Shown here piece after piece: positions 11,509 through 25,101 of a stretch of 64,000 nt of DNA; positions within the stretch are counted from its first letter, which is position 1; each line of letters opens with the position of its first letter. The translations under genes were made by a program, and so were the position numbers. The notes beneath the pieces were generated by a model. That model worked only from the letters and a program-made list of their open reading frames with translations. It ran no database searches and was not told the DNA's origin. The DNA is taken from assembly GCA_001662655.1 (NCBI GenBank), contig KV460267.1. One strand, written 5' to 3'. Source of the stretch: Pseudogymnoascus verrucosus (taxonomy: Eukaryota).

Positions 11509-11685
11509 GATTGCTGTCTGCGTCTGTCTGCTGGGAGCCTGGGATCAGAGAGAGCTGCGACTCGTATAAGTAATAGAGGACGACCCAAAACCGCTAAAAG
11601 CATCTTTGGGGTGGCGATGATGATGGATTAATTGAAAGCATCGATCGACAAAACTGGAGCCCCCGTACGAGTAGCCTGCACCAAG

Positions 11686-12074
11686 GCGCAGAAAAGCCGC
11701 ATTGTGTGACGGACGACGCAGAGAACGCGCTTGGCAGTAATTATTCGTAGTCGGAGAAAATTAGGATCTAGTGAGATTTTGAAACCAGTTGCCGTGTCAT
11801 TACGCAGCCAGTCTGCTTACACATGCGTCAATCCCCAAGTGCTTGTGGTGGGTCTTAGGGCGCCACCGATCCCTGCTGCGCGCTTTGTGCGGCGGGTACC
11901 TAAGTCCTAATTTTAGGAGTAGCCAATTAGAGCCCTAAAATGTGACTGGATCCTAACTTCAGTCTTCGTTGTAAGCGAGTATGAGAACCTCCAGTATACA
12001 GTAATTTAAACTCTGCGCGCTTTTTGCGTGTATTCGCACCCCTGGCGTTGTCACTCCACGCAAAAACTGCGCAG
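11686..12074. promoter_or_regulatory. Further copies of the TGCG-N3-TTTNTGCG motif in the divergent DUF4396/MFS promoter
   Basis: CTGCGCGCTTTGTGCGG 11876-11892 (+), CTGCGCGCTTTTTGCG 12013-12028 (+), CTGCGCAGTTTTTGCG 12059-12074 (-), TGCGGCTTTTCTGCGC 11686-11701 (-). Confidence 0.55.
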
Positions 12075-12184
12075 GATGTGCTGGTCGCATATATAGTGTC
12101 TTATCAGTCAGTTTCTTATGTCCAAGTTCTAGTGCCGACAAGTATTGCAGAAGTGTAACATTTCTCGACTTTCTTGCAACAATA

Positions 12185-14082
12185 ATGTTTGACCTGATTC
12201 GCGACTCGACCGCTGGTCAGCTCATCCGCTTCATATCTGGAAGGAGGGTCCTCCTGTACCCAGATGAGAAGCCAGACTGGCAGTCGCCTGACCGCGCAGA
12301 ACAGGACCTTTTAGTGGATTGGTACGACGAGGACGATGGGGAGAACCCACAAAACTGGTCTTTCCCTAAGAAGCTGAGCGTTGCATTATTGATCAAGTGA
12401 GTCTTCATGACCCACAAACAGGGAAGCTGCAGAGCTGACACTTCTTCCAGCTTGTACACGTTTGTGGTATATGGGGGATCTTCCATATACGTTGCAAGCA
12501 TGGGGTAAGGCAGTCGTATCACATGTAGCACTGCTCTTCACTGACTTTTGGGCAGGGGAGTCATGGAAACTTTCAATGTTTCGTATACGGCTGCATCTCT
12601 CGGGCTTGCTATATATGTCTTGGGATGTGCGTGAAATCTCATTCCCCGTTTACATTTTAATTTCGCTAACTCCACCATTTGAAAACAGACGGCCTAGGGC
12701 CCTTATTGTTTTCACCACTTAGTGAAATCCCGTCCGTGGGCAGAAACCTTCCATATATTGTGACCTTTGGTATTTTTGTCATCTTATGTGCCCCCACTGC
12801 GACGGTGGATAATTTTGGGGGGCTCATCGCTCTGCGATTTCTCCAAGGCTACTTTGGATCACCCTGCCTTGCTACTGGCGCAGCCTCCATGGGCGATATG
12901 GTATGTACTAGACGGAGTCAGTTGGGTCATTAAAACTAATTGATAGTTCTAGTTCTCGTTGGTCAAGCTGCCCATTGCTATCGCATTTTGGTCAGTCTGC
13001 GCCGTAGCAGGCCCAGCGATGGGACCTCTGCTATCTGGGTACAGCGTGCCAGCTATGGGGTAAGAATTCCTCGGTTTCATCTGGTTGTGTTCTTTCCCGC
13101 TTACTAAATTACAGTTGGAGATGGTCCCTGTGGGAAATGCTCTGGTCGAGCGGTCCTGTCTGGGTCGCCTTCTTCTTTCTCGTCCCGGAGACATATTCCG
13201 ACACAATACTCTTACGTCGTGCCGTACGCTTACGTCGCCTTACGGGAAATAAACAACTCAAGTCACAGAGCGAAGTCAAGCAAGGAAGTATGACCTTGCA
13301 CCAAATGCTCGTCGAGTCGCTTCTGAGGCCAATGCAGATCATGATATTAGACCCTGCAATTACTTACACCGCGATCTACACCAGTTTGGTCTACGGCATT
13401 TACTATTCATTTTTCGAGGCTTTTCCACTCGTTTATCCGGTTATATACGGGTTTAGCCTCGGAGAAATGGGGCTCGTTTTCTTATCGGTCCTAATTGGAG
13501 TCATCATTTCTCTAGCCATCTACTGTTTCTATATCTTAGCAATTTGGGTTCCGACACTCAAATCCAAGGGACCAATTACTCCAGAGATGTGTCTGATTCC
13601 GGCGCTCTATGCGTGTTTTATTCCTCCTATTGGGCTCTTTATTTTCGGTACGCTATCTCCCGTTGTACTCTTACACGAGAGCGTAGCTGCTCTAGCTACA
13701 CCCAAGTGAATCGTTAGTGCATTCTCAACTAACACATTTGACCTTAGGTTGGACGGCACGATCGTCTATTCATTGGATGGTTTCGGTAACAGGGATTGCG
13801 ATATACAATATTGGGATGTTCATGATGATGCAATGTTTATTCATGTATCTGGCATTTACCTATCCTCAGTATGCCGCCTCCCTATTTGCCGGCAATGATG
13901 CGGCTCGATCTTTACTTGCAGCAGCAGCAGTACTCTTCGCACATCCACTCTACAAAAATCTCGGTATCGGTCCAGGTATAAGCATTCTGGGTGCTGTTAC
14001 AGTTGCCTTCATTGGTGGAATTTTCCCGCTTTACTTTTTCGGCGCAAAACTTAGAGCTCGAAGTAGGTTCGCGGTGAAATGA
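12185..14082 (+). CDS. MFS drug:H+ antiporter (DHA1 family, Flr1/Mdr1-like), multi-exon
   Basis: MFDLIRDSTAGQLIR, VDWYDEDDGENPQNWS, GPLLFSPLSEIPSVGR, LRFLQGYFGSP, PETYSDTILLRRA, YPQYAASLFAGND, GAKLRARSRFA; GT-AG introns between the ORF pieces. Confidence 0.9.
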
Positions 14083-14763
14083 GTCTTGACCTACAAGAAC
14101 CTATGTCATGGCGTACTTCAACCCTACGCCAAAACCACAGCAAAATGTCGAAATATTAAAATTGTAATAACATAGTTAACTAAAAGCTGAAATTAGCTAA
14201 AGGCTAGCTTGTATTTTTAGTTTAGCAGATAGGTTATGAACTAAAGAGTAAAGTGTATACTTTCATTTTCTTAGTGTTACAGTCTCGACGGTGGACGTAG
14301 GAACTGCATAATGCAGTCCTGTAATGCAAGACTTTCTCCCGTATCCTTTGTATCTTAAGGCCTCTCGCGCATGGCTGCAGCAGCAGCCTTCATCCTTGCT
14401 GTGTCAATACACCGATAGTGTGGGATACCACACCACACTATTGACATGCCTGACCTCTGCCAACCCTGCTATCCCTAAACTAGCCGTGATAGCTCTCGAC
14501 GCCGAGGACCAGAGGGGCTTTAGGGCTTCAAGTATAGCCAAGACTACAGAGAGAGCACCTTCAGACTATTAATTCCCATTTGTCCAACACACAGCACAAA
14601 GTGTGATCTACAAAATCCTCGCCGGAATATCATCACGCGTTGGATAAAACGATAGTTGCACACCGTTAAATCATCTTGTCACTTATATTAGTGCTAGCTG
14701 ACGTTTATTGTTACATATTTCTACCTACATGTTGTCATATTCTAGATTGTATCGTTTAACCGT

Positions 14764-16373
14764 CTAGGTAGGTGTAATGTTCCGCTTGTTTGTTGCGCGA
14801 TTTCCAATCTCAATCTGGTCCGCCACTCCATGTTGTATGTGAGCCACTTTATCAATCGAGCTATTATACACTGTCTCATCACCAAACAATCCGGCCGTCC
14901 TCTCAAGAGTCATTTGGTTCGTCTCCTTAAGGAACAGTTTGAAAAACACCGCTAATAAGATAACGCTTGCAATGAACACAGAGTAGTACTTCCACCTAAT
15001 GGCATCAAACGCATATGGTGTGACTTGTGACAGCCAGATGTTGGAAACGCCCTGGAAGAAGTCTCCGACTGACAGCCCGTAGCCGCGGAGATGGGCGGGG
15101 AAGTACTCGGGAGGAATGGTGTGAAGTGTTGAGTTGAAGAACATCGCATAAAGCGCGGAGTAGATGAAGATGAATGCGACGCCGGCCTGGGCGCCCGAGG
15201 GGTTCAGACCGTTGCCATAAAAGCGGGAGATGGCCATAAGGAGGGAAAGGGCGACGCCGAGGGACAGACAGCCAACCCCTGGTTGATGTTAGTTGCCTTG
15301 TGTTGTGAACCAGGTAGAGGAAGACTCACACATGGTGCGGACACGAGGCCACTTATCTGAGATAGCCAGGATGTTGATGAATTGACCCTAGAAGAATTTA
15401 GCAGGGTGGTGTGCGGTCTTAGTTGAGGACTTACAAGTACGCCCATGAAGCTGTAACAAGCGGTTATCAGTAGCGCCTTTCGGCCAGTGTAGCCTAGCGA
15501 CGCATAAAGGATGGATTGATATTGCTGTATAGCGAGAGCGCCAGAAACACATCCAACCTGCAAGACAGTGATTGCAACCGCAGTACGCTTTATGTTTCTT
15601 GAATTGAACAATTCAATAAGGGCATGACCTAGTGTCTTGGTAGTCCTCTGTATGGCTTCGAGTTGGATCTGTGCACGAATCTCGACTACAGAGCGGATGA
15701 AGAAGTCCTCATCCTCGTCAGAATAGATACGACGCATGCATCTGTCCATATCTTCGTACCGCTCTCTCTGTGCAAGCCAGCGAGGAGATTCAGGGACGAA
15801 CAAGATGAGTCCCATCAGTACCGCTGCAGCAGGAATCTGCATTGCGAGTGCAAGTCGCCAAGTCACTTGCCCAGAGGCAAAGCTGCAGGCATATCCGATC
15901 CAACCAGCACACACATAGCCACCGGCAATGAGGAGGCCAAAGATACCCATAAGCCTAGCTCGCTGACTTGCCGGCGCAATCTCCGAGATGTAGACGGGAA
16001 TGGTAGGTCGCAACATTCCAAGAGCAATACCAGCAATCGTGCGACCAACAATAACTAGAGCAACGCCATTTGCAGCAGTCTGGAGTGTGGCGCCAACAAT
16101 TGTGAAGAATGTGGAGATCCAGAGCGTCTTGCGTCTTCCAAGCTTCTCAAGGAAGAAGCCACTGATCAAACTGCCAATAGCTCCACCAGCCGCGCCCATG
16201 GAAACAATTGCGCCTACGAGAGAGGTGACGTTCTTGGTTCCTTGGGGGAACATGTAGGCCTGAAACCCTTTCTGAGATAGGACCGAGGCAATGATGCCAG
16301 TATCGATGCCGATAACAAGGCCTCCAAGGGAGATGGTAAGAACATAAAGGATGAGGCGGTTGAGTTTCTTCAT
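14764..16373 (-). CDS. MFS sugar porter (hexose-transporter-like)
   Basis: GIDTGII, EKLGRRK, VYISEIAP..RA, VPESPRWL, EYFPAHLRG, LKET motifs. ATG at 16373; two introns near 15430-15280. Confidence 0.9.
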
Positions 16374-16762
16374 CTTGACAAATGGTACTTGCAACTGAGA
16401 GGAGGTGATAGAGGAAGAGAAGACAGCAAGAAGAGCTTTGCAATGATTATGGTGTGTGGGGTCTGGGGAAGAAGAGTTTAATATCGTGGAGAGTCTTATA
16501 GATTACTGGAGAGTTGTGCAGGCCACTCGCGAAACTCGGTAATCCCGAGAACGCGCAAGTCAGCCCTTGGGGCTGTAATGATAGATGCCAAGCTTACTCG
16601 AAGCCTCTCAAAGAGGAGAAGCTTGGGGATGATGTTGTAATGCCGTGCGAACGGCAGGCAACGGTATAACACGGGCCACGACTAACATGACATTATTGAG
16701 TTTTCCAGACCCATCCGGACAGTAATCCTGTCCATAGGTCCCGGTTTACTGGGTAATGGCTG

Positions 16763-16812
16763 ACGCTAACGGACGCTAACGGACGCCAACGGACGCTAAC
16801 GAACGCCGCTAA
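16763..16812 (+). repeat. 10-bp tandem repeat (GACGCTAACG, ~4.5 copies)
   Basis: gacgctaacg gacgctaacg gacgccaacg gacgctaacg aacgccgcta, in the transporter/rhamnosidase intergenic region. Confidence 0.85.
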
Positions 16813-17172
16813 CACAGGGTAGGCTCGTGGTTACACACCTTCCCCCCGCTCTACACTAACACTGCACCGAGTCGCCGAAAAAGATGATTTTTGTGTAGCG
16901 TTGTGGGTTTAGGAACTTGCTCTGTCAAGATTATTCAGGTCTTCGAAAGCAGAGCTGTGGCGACATTTTAATGGGAAACGATCTCTATTTTGCATCCTTG
17001 TTAATCAGTCTTGAACATGACAATCTGCTCACTGTTAGACATGTTCTACCTACATTTGTTCTAGCCATTGACAAACCCCTATTTGTGAATGCATGCACGT
17101 ACATATATACACGAACGCTCTCACAACTCTTTGTTTCTAAGGCAAATATCTCTTCCTATCTTGTTTGTGTCC

Positions 17173-20077
17173 ATGCCAAAAATGCGAGACTCTTCAAACA
17201 AACCCTTGCAACCTGTGCCGTCAACCCCTCGCTTTGAACACCATCCCGATGGCTTCGGTATAGGCAATAGTCGTCCTCGCCTTTCTTGGTCCTTCTTTTA
17301 CCCCGCAGATGCGGATCTCAAGTCAGTAGGGTCATGGACTCAGCGAGCATACGACATCGAGATCAAAGCAGAGGACGCAGCAGGAAGTGGAACCCATCAT
17401 ATCGAGAGTTCTGAGTCCGCACTCGTACCATGGCCTGGAGCTGATCTTATCTCGAAAGAAGCCGTGATAATAAGAGTCAGAGGCTACGGTCAGGAAAAAG
17501 ACGACATTACGCAATGGTCGTCATGGGCTAGCGCAGAAGCTGGTCTATTTGAGAGAGAAAGATGGTCAGCACTGCCAATTGCATCGTCTAAGAAGTTCGA
17601 AGCGGAAGATGTAACATTACGCCCACTACGCTTTCGGAAGGAATTCACTGTGCCGCTGGAGAGAGATATTCTTAAGGCTCGCTTGTACATCACGGCCTTT
17701 GGCGTCTACGAAGCACACATCAATGGAAGTCGTGTTGGTGATCACGTCTTGGCACCGGGATGGACAAGCTATCACCATCGACTTGCGTACCAGATATTTG
17801 ATGTTACCGCGATGGTGAAGAAGGGGCAAAATTCTATTGGTGCTGAGGTTGGAGAAGGCTGGTATGGAGGCCTAATAGGTATACGAGGTGGGCAGCGATT
17901 CAATTATGGCAAAGAACTTGCGCTTCTTGCTCAGTTGGAAATTACTCTCGATAATGGCGAGGTGATGGTTAAGCACACAGATCATTCCTGGCAATGCCAC
18001 ACCAGCGCCATCACAAATAGCGAAATTTATAATGGGGAAACGTACGATATGCGAGAAGAGCAATATGGGTGGGAAATGCCAGGCTTCGATTCCACTGCTT
18101 GGGCATCGGTCAAGGAGCTCCCGTTCACCTCTGCGTCAATGATCGCATCTGACATGGCGCCTACTAGAGTTACCGAAGAGGTGAAACCCGTCTCTATCAC
18201 TATTACTCCCAGCGGGAAGACCATATTCGATTTTGGACAAAATGTCGTTGGGTTTGTTCGTATCAAAAGACTGCCGCCTCATAGCAAGGTTTCGCTCGTA
18301 CACGCTGAAGTTCTTGTTGACCAAGAGATGGGCATGAGACCTCTACGTAACGCGAAATGTACCGATACTGCTATAACAGCGGACAATGAGCTGCTCCATT
18401 GGTGTCCGAAGTTTACCTACCATGGATTTCGATACATGCAAGTTAATGGATGGCCTGAGGGAACGACCCCTTCCCTCGAAGACTTCACAGCTTTGGTTAC
18501 CCATACTGATATGAAGCGTCGAGGGTGGTTCAAGTGCTCAAACGATCTTGTCAACAAGTTGCATGCAAACATCGTATGGGGAATGCGGGGGAACTTTGTC
18601 AGTGTCCCAACGGACTGCCCTCAGCGTGATGAGCGACTGGGCTGGACTGGAGACATACAAGTGTTTGGTCCAGCAGCCAATTTTTTGTACGATACAAACG
18701 GCATTGTAGGTGCTTTCTATAATCTTACAGAACTCTTCCTGTCCCATAACTCTAATAAATATCAATATACTTACATTTATCGTTTTAGCTCGGAAACTGG
18801 CTCGCGGATTTCTCAGCTGAACAACTCGCCCGCGACGACAAGATACCACCTCTTATTTGCCCAGACGTTATGAGCAGCTGGTGGACCCCTACCCCACAAG
18901 CGATCTGGCACGACGCGACTATCCTCGTCCCTTACAATCTGTACCAGGCTTCTGGAGACATCTTCCTGCTTCGTAGGCAATATGTCTCCATGACCTCCTG
19001 GCTTGACACCGCTATCCGCCGAGGCTCAGATCGCCTCTGGGATCCTACTCTATGGGTTCGTACCGTCTTGCTGCACTTTTAATTTACTTCCTCAAATCCC
19101 TTTTTGAATCTAGACGACTAATAACCTTACTATAGCAACTTGGCGACTGGGTCGATCCCGCCGCACCCCCCTCACAGCCTGGATTGGGTCGCACTGATGG
19201 CGTTCTAGTCGCAGACGCATACCTCGTCTACGTCACTGGCATCCTGGCTGACGTCTCGGCCCTCCTAGGCGAAGCCCACGATGCCAGACGTTATGCAGCA
19301 GATAAGGAAAAGCTCAAAGCCGCCTTTGCCCATCGCTACATAACGCCGGCCGGAAACCTTGCAAACTACACCCAAGCCGCTATCGCACTTGCCGTCCAGT
19401 TTGACCTCTACCCAACCGCAGCGCAGCGTGACAATGCTGCCGTGGCGCTTATGCGGCTTGTTAAAACAGCCCAGTACCACGTCTCGACGGGCTTTGCAGG
19501 CACACCAGCCATCCTACCCGCGCTGACGCGCACGGGACAGCCATGGCTCGCGTATCGCATGCTGATGGAGAAGCACTGCCCGTCATGGCTGTACCCGCTA
19601 ACTATGGGCGCAACGACGATCTGGGAGCGCTGGGACGCCCTAATGCCGGACGGATCGCTGAATCCAGGGCAGATGTTAAGTTTCAATCACTATGCATTGG
19701 GCAGCGTTGCAGCTTGGTTGCACGAGACAGTCGGTGGCCTAGTGAGCAGCGACGGGTGGCGTACCATTGACGTACGGCCTGTGCCTGGTGGCGGGCTGAC
19801 CTGGGCCGAGACGAGGTTTGACGGACCTTTCGGAGTGGTCGAGGCTAAGTGGCGGGTTGAGGGCAGTAGGTTCAAGTTAGAGCTTCAGGTGCCGCCAAAT
19901 TCAAGAGCCATCATTGTCTTACCGATGCAGAAGAAAGAGTTGGGCGAGAAGAAGAAAATTAAGGTTGCATCGGGATGGCACGCTTTTGATGTCGAGTTTG
20001 AACCCGACGAGTGGCCGCCTACAGGTAGTATAAATAAGTATTCAGGCCCGTTGTCAAAGGCTTGTGATTGCTTTTGA
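17173..20077 (+). CDS. Alpha-L-rhamnosidase, glycoside hydrolase family 78
   Basis: PRLSW, ARLYITAFGVYEAHING, LAPGWTSY, DFGQN, FTYHGFRY, PTDCPQRDERLGWTGD, MGATTIWERWD, SFNHYALG. Introns near 18706-18789 and 19056-19135. No obvious signal peptide. Confidence 0.93.
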
Positions 20078-20778
20078 TTTGGTATGAGCGCCACAAAGAG
20101 AGGTCGACGCATAAAATGTAGATACACCTCTATAAAGTACTTAAGACGCTATTGGAGCCTGCCTTAATACGTGGGTATTGTCTGTGCCTCACACCTAGGC
20201 GTTACAAAAGGATAATTCTCCACATCTATTGCCGCTGAGTGGGATTGATATGAAAAGCCTTTATCGCATGCTCGGAATCGAGGTCATTTGATCCTTCATT
20301 TCAAGAACGTACTGTACCTTCAGGCAAGTCCTTGTCCGATGAGAGCCGCTTCCAAAAATACATTCAATCTTCCCTTCCCGTTTACATCGGTTTGATGTGT
20401 AAGTAATGAGTTGTGGCAGGCCCGTATGATATTATCAGAGTATAACGAGTATCATAAGAAGAATATGCATATGGCTCGATTTGGGTTGAGAGTTTGTTTG
20501 ATGGGGAGACACAGTTACGAGCCTGCTGCGGCCAAAGGTTGAAAATGCGTCTGGGCAGATTAGCCCGCCCGGGAGTTCGCGGTGGTTATCCGAGATGAGC
20601 GGAATGAATCCTCGGGCGTTACTGGTGAAGTGCTTAGATGATTTAACATCGGCTTAAGGTATGGAAGTGTCAATGCGGCGAGGTGGATGTGAATTCAACC
20701 CCACAGAGGCGGAAAAGCAAGGGGAAAGGCAGGCAGATAAGGTCGTCACAGTACGGTTTGATGTACCTCTCTTGAAAA

Positions 20779-23278
20779 TTACCAAGTATTAGGTAGTAAT
20801 ATCGAGAAGTCCCAGACCGAGTCGAAGCCTAGTGCTTCACTACCATTAAAGCTCGCGTTTAATATATCAGAGATCTCATCCGTCTGAGGTTCTAGATCAG
20901 CTATGAGCTGCTCATTCTCCGAAGTTGGCCCAGTGAATGTCTCCTGGGAATCGCTCTGCTCCAAACTCAAACTCAACGCCTTTGCACGATCAATTATCAG
21001 ATTGCCGTGAGTATGTGCGTTGGAATTCTGATCTCCTGCCAGGTCAATTATCAGCTGCCCAACGGCCCTGACGTTCTCAAGACATTGGGAGACATTAGGA
21101 ATACAGGACGAAAAAGTTTGACAACCTGCAATGATAAACAAGGCAGAAAACTTGAGCATGATACTACCCGAATCGGAGACGTAGCGTAGTTTTTCTTTCT
21201 GGATTGGACGCAGGTTGAGCGGCCAGTTGAGGACGTGGTTCGCGCATGCTACGCAACCCCGTACGCGGTCTTTCTGTCGGGATGATAGACCATGATATGA
21301 ATTTGGAAGGCAGCGCACTACGAAGTTGCTAATGCAAAAGCGGGCGTAGCGACCAAGCAGGTCAAGAACCGCTCCGACGCCATCATCTGATGTCCAGTAT
21401 GAGTATCATAGAGGGTGCTAGAGGAGTGTGCTAACCATTACGAATGAAGCTTCCCCATTTATCATACCACGCATCAATTGCGTTGCCAGCCTCTGTTAAG
21501 ATTGCCTCCGTTGCAATGTCATCTATGTCATCAGTCGGATCCGGGAGACACCACCATTCACCCAACTGCTTTTGCTCTGCGCTTGCCTATCCTCCTGTTA
21601 ATAGAGAAAAACACCTATCCCGATATCAAGCATTGGCTAACCTTTTCCCATATGAGACAGAGCTCAACCTCGCCAAATAGCCTCATCTGTGAGTTCGGTC
21701 CAATTTCTTGTAATAGTGCTGGTGCTGCACGAATGGTCGAGTCTATTCGAATACTCGGAGGTGTCCCACTAATTATAGAAGCACTAAAAAGCGTCAGAAT
21801 ACGTGACAAAAATTGACAACCACATAAATGAGGTCCTTAACAGGGCCAGTACGCACTAGTGTGACATGATGAACAATTGAAGCCAATACATATATCGCTG
21901 GAAACTTGGCGAGTCAACTATTGTATCCGACGTCGTCGCCCGTAGCTCCATTTTTAGATCCTGTATCGAACTGTGCAACGACAGTCGTGATGCACAGACT
22001 TCCATGAGTGACTTGAGAGGCCAGTATAATATTTGCCCAGTACGATTTTGTTGTGCCAGCTGAGAGGTGGAGGGCGAGCAATTCGCATGTACGTATAGGA
22101 TAAGTACAGCCTTGAAGGTAGAAATCTCACTAGCTCTACTGCCACTACTTGTTACGATCCTTGTTAGAAACTGCAAGAGACGAGGTAGCAAAATTTCCTG
22201 GATGGCTTTACCACCGGGCAGAAAGCGTGCTGTGACGTAACAGATGGAGTAAGCGAGACTGAGTTCTGTCTCAATAAGGACGCCTATATCCTGGAAATCT
22301 TTTGGAAGGAGTGCTGGTATGAACGGAAGAAGTTTTTCCCGGAACCTGAATATAATCAGTCATTGGACGAATGAGGATTTCGCTAGTCCACTTGCATGAT
22401 GATCATGTCCCGTATATCTTGCCACGGAAGCGCAATCTGCTCCTCGGATAGCCGGATATTTGGCAAGGGTAGTTCCAGCCCCTCGCTTGTCACCTCAGAT
22501 CTCTTTCGCTTTTTCGGAGTTTCAGTAGGCAGAGTTGGAGCAGACGTCTGAGGACTTGAATTGTTCAGTACATCTACTGGCGGCGTAGAAAATATTGATG
22601 GGAGACCCGCATGGCTTCCCCTTCTTTGGGCAAAGAGAGAGTGTGGTAGCTGATTCTGGAGTGTTTGGGTGGTTGGTCGGGGGATCGTGTCGACCATGCC
22701 ATGGCCCCTTATGGGGCGCTCTAACTCATAAGCTGAATTGCTCGATAACCTACGACTTATATGACGCGGTGAATGTGAATGAGCTTGAGGATGAGGTTGA
22801 CCATATTGGTAGGGATCATGTGCAGGCAATTGGGGTTGACATATTCTGCCTGCCTTGATACACTTGGCGCAGGGTGGGTTATCAGCGCCAACACATTTCA
22901 TCTTTTTCCATTGTCAGCTGAAGGTATTCTCATAATCTTCCGAACATCCAAAAGCAGACTCAGTCTCATATTTCAAGGTTCAAATCTAGTGATAAAGGGA
23001 CGACCGTGGACGACATTCTGTAAGTTGGCCAACCACAAGCAGACATGCTATGGAGTTCTGTCCAACCAAACCGCTTAACGTGAGAGCAAAACAACGTCAA
23101 GGGCCGGGTCGCATTATACGATGACATCTTATCTCACCTTCATCTGTCGACAAGCTATACATGCGCGGACAATTCCGTTGCGCACTGGTTGCTGTTGGTG
23201 CTGCCTTGCACGCACCATCCTGGCAGTACTGCCTTGACTTTCGGCCTGGAGGTCATTGAGGTCGGCCGTGGTAGCCAT
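20779..23278 (-). CDS. Zn2Cys6 fungal transcription factor, multi-exon
   Basis: Exon 1 from ATG 23278 ends RACIACRQMK; the next exon reads MKCVGADNPPCAKCIKAGRIC, completing the six-Cys cluster. Middle-homology region exons follow; acidic C-terminus FDSVWDFSILLPNTW. Confidence 0.85.
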
Positions 23279-25101
23279 CACAGCCAACAGAGGCTGCTAA
23301 ACTTTCAATGTCGACTGCTTGCTTTCGAACTCTGAGATCCACCGTACGGAGATTCGCACATTAGGTGATGCTAGGAGGTGGGTTGACGATATTTAGGGGC
23401 AAGAGGAACGTTGCAATATAGCCAGTGGTTGCTTCCAACGCTAACGCACGCTAGTGGTGTTGAGGGTCTAGCATCTGATCGTCTAGCATCTGATCACGTT
23501 CCTCATCGATGCAATGTGACCTAACCGCGTAACAACTCATTATTATATCTTGGTAGCTGTAGCCTAGTGGTGCCTATATGGCATGAAGCACTATAAAACA
23601 GGGTATGTACTACTGTAGAATAAATATGCGAATCAACTAAGTTCACACATCACATGACCTCCCGGTAACCTTAAGCATGTATAGTCATCTCTTTACCAGC
23701 TCAAGATACACCAGGGTTTAACTATGCCGGAAATCCAGAAATGTGTGTATATGCTAGAATCTCTCCGTATCTCCCTCCATCGCGGTATGCTTCGGCTCGA
23801 GGAGACCCTAGGGGCGGAGGATGTGTTCGAGACAAGTTATGTGGTAGTATCAGTTTGGGTAATAAGAACCGGTAAAGTACTGCAGTATTACGGCCGTAGA
23901 GAAAACCCACATGCAGTAATTACTAGCTCATCACTGGCAGTAACCCGTAATTACAACTAGTAGCAGAGCCTCATTCACGTGAAATAATGGTCTCTCTGCA
24001 AAAAGCTATAGAACCGTAGTTGTGGATAGCGGTAAAAGTCGTAAGTAGAGAACACAGTTACAAAAGCAGTAGACCGGTCAATTTAGTGTATAAAGCATGT
24101 GGTATTGACGAGTATTCAAGCTATTATATACATCTTAATATTCTTAAATCCTGCTGCTAAGGAAATACTACCAGAAAGCCACAAGATGATTCCAAAATGG
24201 ACTGATGAGTCATACGAAGCGGTAGGCTGCGTATCTTGATGCCTAATTGAATTACACCGGCTCTAGAAGTTACGACGCACTGTCTCTATAGTAGGGAAAA
24301 TAATGTTGCGAAATGACTTAGTCCGAGCTAGCGCTAGCTAACCCATGGACCGTGCCAGTGGTTCTGCGCTAAGTACCCCGCTCTCGCTACATCATTTTCC
24401 CGAAGATTCGTTGTGCAGATCAATTTGGCCTAGGCAGTCGGCGGAAATTGTGGAGCAAGCCGGGTCGGCTCCGTGTTTTTAGCGCGTCCAGTAGAGGTTC
24501 GCTCCAAAGCCACAGGTAACAACTTCACATTTTCTCACCCCTAGCATGTAGATTGGTCTGTATCTTCTCGATGGGATTGACTTCCGTTGGTACAATAAAA
24601 ACCGCGGCATTTGTGCCGTGGTCTGGCATATCAACTGGCACTAGCTGAAGTCAAGGGATTGGGTTTAGAACGCTCTTGACAAATCGAGATCTCCCTGTCA
24701 GCCGGAAAGCTGGGGCAGATTGTTACCACAGGTTCAAGGACTGAATAATTAACTAAACTTCTCGTTGTCGTGCAGATAGGTCAATGAAATTACTACCTCT
24801 CCGACATTTGCTTTTACTGTGCAGATTCTTTATTTGGTAGGGGAAGTAGTTTCAGCACGCTGTCGCGAGCATCTTTGACTTCTCTTAGTTTGTGTAATAC
24901 TTTCCATATTAGCCAACTATTTCAGGGATCTATTAGTGAGTCTAATGGTCAATTTACCTTTTTTGCGGGGTACGGGGTGGGAGGAAAGACCTGAGTTTCA
25001 AGTGCGGGGAGTCTAGGCTATTTAAGAAGACACAGCTGTCCTTTAGAAATTGCTAGGTACCTACACAACAGCTATCACTCAAACGCTTGAGGCTATCTAT
25101 A

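Noticed and set aside
23466..23495. 15-bp tandem duplication GTCTAGCATCTGATC x2
   Set aside because: Real but isolated; no evidence of function or of a transposon footprint.
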